Shown here: positions 41,513 through 45,697 of the stretch, piece after piece
How the letters are laid out: every line of letters starts with the position of its first letter
How positions within the stretch are numbered: position 1 is the stretch's first letter
NCBI GenBank assembly: GCA_021823165.1
Contig: JAKAOS010000003.1
Span: 1-45,697 of the forward strand
Reading direction: 5' to 3'
Length of the DNA: 45,697 nucleotides
Origin: Actinomycetes bacterium
GTDB lineage: Bacteria; Actinomycetota; Acidimicrobiia; Acidimicrobiales; JAKAOS01
Made by a program: the position numbers and the translations under genes
The notes under the pieces: generated by a model
Seen by the model: only the letters and a program-made list of their open reading frames with translations
What the model was told of the DNA's origin: nothing
The model's database searches: none

Positions 41513-42154
41513 TTATGGCTTGGCCTGGGCTACTTCCCTGCGCCGGGCCATTCGCTTGCGCACCACCAAAGCCACCACCACTATGACCAGCAGCCCAACG
41601 AAGTATGCCTCGTAGCGAACGACCTGGTGGTAGATGGCATTGAGGTGGTTGCCGGCGAGGTAGCCGACCGATGACCACACCCCCACCCACAGGCTGGCAC
41701 CCAACAGGTTGAAGAACAGGAACTTCAGCCATGGCATCTCCGATATCCCTGCAATGATGCCATTGGCCTGGCGCAGGCCCTCTATGAAGCGGGCTATTGC
41801 AACCACCTTGCCACCATTGCGCCCGAAAAAGGCCTGTGCCTTGTCGAGGCGCTCCTCGGTGAGGAACAGATACCGGCCCCAGCGCAACGCCAACGCCCTG
41901 CCCCCGAAACGGCCAATTGCGTATCCCACGTTGTCGCCAAGAACTGCAGCTGCAATCCCAACTATGACGACCAGTGCTATGTTCAGCCGCCCTGCGCCCG
42001 CATAGACGGCCGCTGCCACCAGGGTGGTTTCGCCCGGCACCGGGACGCCAAAGTCCTCCAGGAATACAAATCCCGCCAGGGCCAGGTAGCCATAATGGTC
42101 AAGCACCGGCGCAAGGTCACGAAACACACCGGGCAACTGCGGGGAGGTCGTCAA
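41513..42154 (-). CDS. DedA family membrane protein
   Basis: LEDFGVPVPGET, LGDNVGYAIGR, ARFIEGLRQ, FNLLGASLW. Confidence 0.92.
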   Translation of the reverse strand: MTTSPQLPGVFRDLAPVLDHYGYLALAGFVFLEDFGVPVPGETTLVAAAVYAGAGRLNIALVVIVGIAAAVLGDNVGYAIGRFGGRALALRWGRYLFLTEERLDKAQAFFGRNGGKVVAIARFIEGLRQANGIIAGISEMPWLKFLFFNLLGASLWVGVWSSVGYLAGNHLNAIYHQVVRYEAYFVGLLVIVVVALVVRKRMARRREVAQAKP

Positions 42155-42279
42155 CCAATCCCTTCCCGAGATCTCCAGGATTCAAAGCGAGGCATAACCG
42201 GGGGGCTCCTTTGCGGCCAGTGACTACTGCCAACGTTACCGCCGGGGGCCTCAAGCCAAACCAGGCCAGCTACGCAGCA

Positions 42280-43047
42280 CTACTTCTCCCCCGCCAGGCC
42301 GGAAAGGATGTCCTGGGACAGGTCCTGGGTCGCCGCCGCCAACACATAACGGCGCTCCCCCTCCTCAAGGGGGAACAAGGCGCCCTTCGCCCTGTCAAAG
42401 ATGACCGCACCTGCCTCCTGGCACACAAGCATCGCCCCCAGGTAATCCCATGGGGCCAACCCCGAGGCGAAGGTGACATACGCGTCCATGGAACCATCGG
42501 CCACCGCGCAGATCTCCAATGCCGAAGCACCCATAACCCGGTACTGCTGCCACGGCAATGGGCGCTCCGGCCAGCCATTCACCCCGATGATCGCCTCGGA
42601 TGCCGATTTGGCGGCCGATGGGGTTATCGGCGTGCCGTTGCGGCGGGCGCCTTGGTTTTTGACCGCCTCATAGCGGGTGCCGGTCGCCAGATTCGCCACC
42701 ACCGCTACCAGCGGTCCGCTTTGGTCCACCACCGCAAGGCTGGTAGCAAAGTAGGGGACGCCGCGGGCTGCATTGGTGGAGCCGTCCACCGGGTCGACCA
42801 CGACTGTCAACTCCCCGCCAAAGGTATCCCCGGTCCGCTGAGCTTTGGGCTTCCTTCCGGACTCCTCGCTCCAAATTGACAACCCGGTCTGGCCGAACAC
42901 CTCCGCTAAAGCCTGGTCTGCCGCCAGGTCACACCGGTACTCGCCCTCCCGACCCCCGGTCGGGCCCCAGTCGTCGAGATCCGACAGTGCCTCACCCACC
43001 CGGTCCACCCCGAGGTGCAACAGGCTGACAAGCTCCTCGTATCCCAA
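42280..43047 (-). CDS. Inositol monophosphatase (FIG) family protein
   Basis: SEESG, DPVDGSTN, GASALEICAVADG, PWDY; start trimmed to TTG with AGGGAG RBS. Confidence 0.88.
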   Translation of the reverse strand: MGYEELVSLLHLGVDRVGEALSDLDDWGPTGGREGEYRCDLAADQALAEVFGQTGLSIWSEESGRKPKAQRTGDTFGGELTVVVDPVDGSTNAARGVPYFATSLAVVDQSGPLVAVVANLATGTRYEAVKNQGARRNGTPITPSAAKSASEAIIGVNGWPERPLPWQQYRVMGASALEICAVADGSMDAYVTFASGLAPWDYLGAMLVCQEAGAVIFDRAKGALFPLEEGERRYVLAAATQDLSQDILSGLAGEK

Positions 43048-43173
43048 CTTCGCTCCCTTGCACCAGCTTTGCGGGGCGGACGATGACCCCGGTTCGCCAT
43101 CAACGTAGTGGCGAGGCCAAAGCGCCAATGGCGGCGGCAACTTCGGCATCGCCGCGCTTTAGGCTTGTTGGGC

Positions 43174-43737
43174 GTGGCAGTGATCGACGTCCCGGGTTTT
43201 GTTTCCGAGCTGAAAGACCATGCGGTGGATCATGGTTTCCACGTTCACGACGAGCGACACTTCGTAGAGACCTACTCACTCCGCCAGGTTTGGGAGGTCG
43301 ACTTACACCCCGAAGAAGGCTGTGGTGGCCCACTCGACCTTCATCTGGCCTTAGAGGTTGAACCCAGGGTGCTACTGGCATTCGAAGATGCCGTCATGGA
43401 CCTCCCCGAGGATGCCGACCCGCCAGACGACTGGTTTTTCTCGCTCAGCTTCACCTGGAGCCTCCCCCCTCTCCCCGACGGACCCGACCTCCTCAGGCTC
43501 GCCATCGACCTGGCTGGGATAGGGGGCATCGAACTCCCCCTGGAGGTCTCCGCCATCGATTCCTTTGCCGCGCCGACCGACGCACCCGAACGCAGGCTGA
43601 CAATCGTGGCCAACCGGAGAGTCTCCCTGGCGCGCATCCTTGCCGGGGAGGAACTCCTCTGCGACGTATTCGACAAGTCCTTGGCGGTCAGCCGCTTCCT
43701 CCTCGATGCTGCACCGGGCTGGCTCACGGGCGGATGA
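43174..43737 (+). CDS. Hypothetical acidic protein
   Basis: Globular-looking ORF; GTG start after TAGGCT; ATGA overlap with next gene. Confidence 0.75.
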   Translation: MAVIDVPGFVSELKDHAVDHGFHVHDERHFVETYSLRQVWEVDLHPEEGCGGPLDLHLALEVEPRVLLAFEDAVMDLPEDADPPDDWFFSLSFTWSLPPLPDGPDLLRLAIDLAGIGGIELPLEVSAIDSFAAPTDAPERRLTIVANRRVSLARILAGEELLCDVFDKSLAVSRFLLDAAPGWLTGG

Positions 43738-44132
43738 AGCTCATCCTTGCCGGCTCTGTGCCACCCGGGGTGTCCCGGCGGGGCCGGGGGACGTTATACC
43801 TTGCGGCAATGGCGGCTGCCCTGTCGGGCTGTGGAGGGGCTTCGGCCCGGACAGAGGCCCATATTGCATGCCGGCACGTCGCCGCCAGCCTTGCCACCCT
43901 TCGCCACCCAACCGGAGCCGCGCAGAGCTCCGAGCAACGCTCCAGGGCTCTGGTGGAACTCCGCCAAGCCCTCCCGCCAGCAGCACAGGCGGCCGCTCAG
44001 TCCCCCCGCTACGGCCCGCTGGCGACGACTTTGAGCGAGTCGAACCGGGTGCCCGAACAACGCCTGATCCATGCATTGCGCGCCGAGTGTTCCAATCCCG
44101 GCCCAACGCAGTTCCCGACCCTAAAGCCCTGA
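43734..44132 (+). CDS. Putative lipoprotein
   Basis: Basic SRRGR, hydrophobic stretch, lipobox LSG-C; two further Cys. Confidence 0.6.
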   Translation: MKLILAGSVPPGVSRRGRGTLYLAAMAAALSGCGGASARTEAHIACRHVAASLATLRHPTGAAQSSEQRSRALVELRQALPPAAQAAAQSPRYGPLATTLSESNRVPEQRLIHALRAECSNPGPTQFPTLKP

Positions 44133-44250
44133 AGGGCTGAGCGAAAACCGCTCCTGTCGAGCCCTCGGCAGGCCAACGAGGCGACTCTTGTGCCCACGAC
44201 GTCTCGTCGACTTGGGAACAGCTTTTACGAGGCGGCTCCGAAAGCCGCCC

Positions 44251-44745
44251 TCAAGAGGAAGGCGCCTCTAGGTACTTCGCCGAGACGACCTCGCCGTCGC
44301 GGTAGCGGAGAACCCAAATAGAGCCCTTGGCATCCCGGAGCACCGGGGGAAGCTCCACGCCTTTTGATGCAAGGGAGACAAGCACCCTTCGCACGACATC
44401 TCCATGGGTGCAAAGAACCGTTGACTGGTTGGCCAGAAACATCCCATCAAGCAGTGCCGCCCCGGAACCCTCCTGCAAGCGGGCTTCAAGATCGATGGTC
44501 ATGGCGAACTTTTCCGCAAATGGCTCGACGGTCTGCACACAGCGTAAAAAGGGGCTGGAGAGAACGCGGGTGGGTGAGAACTTTGCGAGCCGGCCCACCA
44601 GAGCCTCGGCCTGCCGCCTCCCCTTGTGGCTCAAGGGGCGTTCGTCGTCTGGCCCGTCCCAGGATCCGCGGCTCCCCGCATGCGCATGGCGCACCAACAG
44701 AGCCACCCCGTCCTCCTGGATCAGCCGGCTATGACGGGATGCCAT
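44251..44745 (-). CDS. Histidine phosphatase (SixA/MutT1 C-terminal-like)
   Basis: LVRHAHAG, RPLS.KG..QA, SSPFLRCVQTV, CTHGD. Confidence 0.9.
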   Translation of the reverse strand: MASRHSRLIQEDGVALLVRHAHAGSRGSWDGPDDERPLSHKGRRQAEALVGRLAKFSPTRVLSSPFLRCVQTVEPFAEKFAMTIDLEARLQEGSGAALLDGMFLANQSTVLCTHGDVVRRVLVSLASKGVELPPVLRDAKGSIWVLRYRDGEVVSAKYLEAPSS

Positions 44746-44900
44746 TCATCTCTCATTGCAGGCTTGCGCACCCAGGCGAATCCCGACACCAATGGCCTAG
44801 CTCCCTCCGCCGGCACCCAGCGCCTGCCAGGCACGCCGCACTGCATCGGACGGCTAGACACTACCGGGGTTTGGCCCATGCCGAGCCCGGGTCCCCCGCC

Positions 44901-45266
44901 CTACGACGTCGTTTGATGGGAGACGATATCGGCCTCGAGGGGAGCGAGGTTCGACCCGATCTCTGCGATTGTGTCATGGTCGACGCCGGCGATTTCAAGG
45001 GCCTGCACCAGATGTCCGACGACTTTGCCGAATGCCTCGGGGGTGACGCCAAGCCCAGCATGGGCCTCGGCCATGGATCGTCCCGCATAGGCCTCCGGGC
45101 CACCCAGCGCAGCGGCAATAAAGCTGCGCTGGTGGCCCTTGAGCCTGGCGAGGGAGACTCCGTCGAAGTAGGGGGCGAGGGAGGGGTCGGAGAGGACATT
45201 GTCGTAGAAGATGTCCACCACCGCCGATACCGCTCCCGCCCCACCGATGCTGTCATAGATAGCCAT
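44901..45266 (-). CDS. Group 1 truncated hemoglobin (GlbN-like)
   Basis: IYDSIGG, FYDNVLSD, HQRSFIAAALGG, YAGRSMAEAH, FGKVVGHL. Confidence 0.92.
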   Translation of the reverse strand: MAIYDSIGGAGAVSAVVDIFYDNVLSDPSLAPYFDGVSLARLKGHQRSFIAAALGGPEAYAGRSMAEAHAGLGVTPEAFGKVVGHLVQALEIAGVDHDTIAEIGSNLAPLEADIVSHQTTS

Positions 45267-45447
45267 GCCGACAGTCTCTGCCGGCAGTGTTACGGAACGA
45301 CGTCGGCACCGCTGCGGCCGAATGACCACACCTTTCACCTCGGGCCAGGCCGGGGTGTCGAGCCAGAAACCATTCCGAAATCATCCATTGACTACCTGGT
45401 CCAACATTGGACAGCAGGGCCAGGACCAAGCCCGGCGAAGGAACGGA

Positions 45448-45697
45448 TCAGGCCTTGGACAGCTGGACCATCATGCCACCGGCCAAGCGAGTACCACTCG
45501 GCTGGTTGACGACGATCCGCACGGCCACTCCCCCAGCGGTGCCCGACTTCCCGAACATCACCGGATAGGCCATGCTTCCATTGGCAGAGGTCTTGGCCTG
45601 GGTGGCAGAACTAGATGAACTCATAGCGCCCATGGACGAAGATCCCATGGCTGATGTGGCCATTGTTTTGGGAGTGACCGAAACCGCCGCCCCCGAA
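45448..45697 (-). CDS. 3' end of a gene entering from the right; Met/Ser-rich C-terminal region
   Basis: Frame open from the window edge to TGA at 45448 (..TMATSAMGSSSMGAMSSSS...GGMMVQLSKA). Confidence 0.5.
   Translation of the reverse strand, partial: SGAAVSVTPKTMATSAMGSSSMGAMSSSSSATQAKTSANGSMAYPVMFGKSGTAGGVAVRIVVNQPSGTRLAGGMMVQLSKA

Overview
GC-rich actinobacterial chromosome segment. Gene style (actinobacterial SerC, SufB N-terminus, many leaderless -10 boxes) suggests Acidimicrobiia, but this is an inference. It is mostly housekeeping: a circularly permuted ATP-grasp/alpha-E/transglutaminase operon with a GlnR-like box; a stand-alone sufB; a DUF4115-type membrane protein; an atypical FtsH-like protease; divergent aspartate aminotransferase and serC; three ABC exporter pairs; ilvB-ilvN-ilvC with a leader-peptide attenuator; ilvD; gatCAB; a DHA2 MFS pump; a phosphate/polyphosphate cluster (ppx, ppk1, DedA, IMPase, histidine phosphatase); and a truncated globin. 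Accessory or decayed parts: an ArsR pseudogene fused to a TnpB stub; a two-gene nucleotidyltransferase (DUF6036-like) module frameshifted in a G8 tract next to a structured 320-nt intergenic region; and an IS cluster (intact IS256, degenerate IS3, truncated IS607) that cut off a large secreted-protein gene. The most unusual items are an 85-aa protein with two eukaryote-type C2H2 zinc fingers, the slippage-prone nucleotidyltransferase module and the non-canonical FtsH paralog. I saw no rRNA, tRNA or CRISPR array. I found no unambiguous multi-gene novel system; the candidates are listed with tests. Family names come from motif recall, not database searches.
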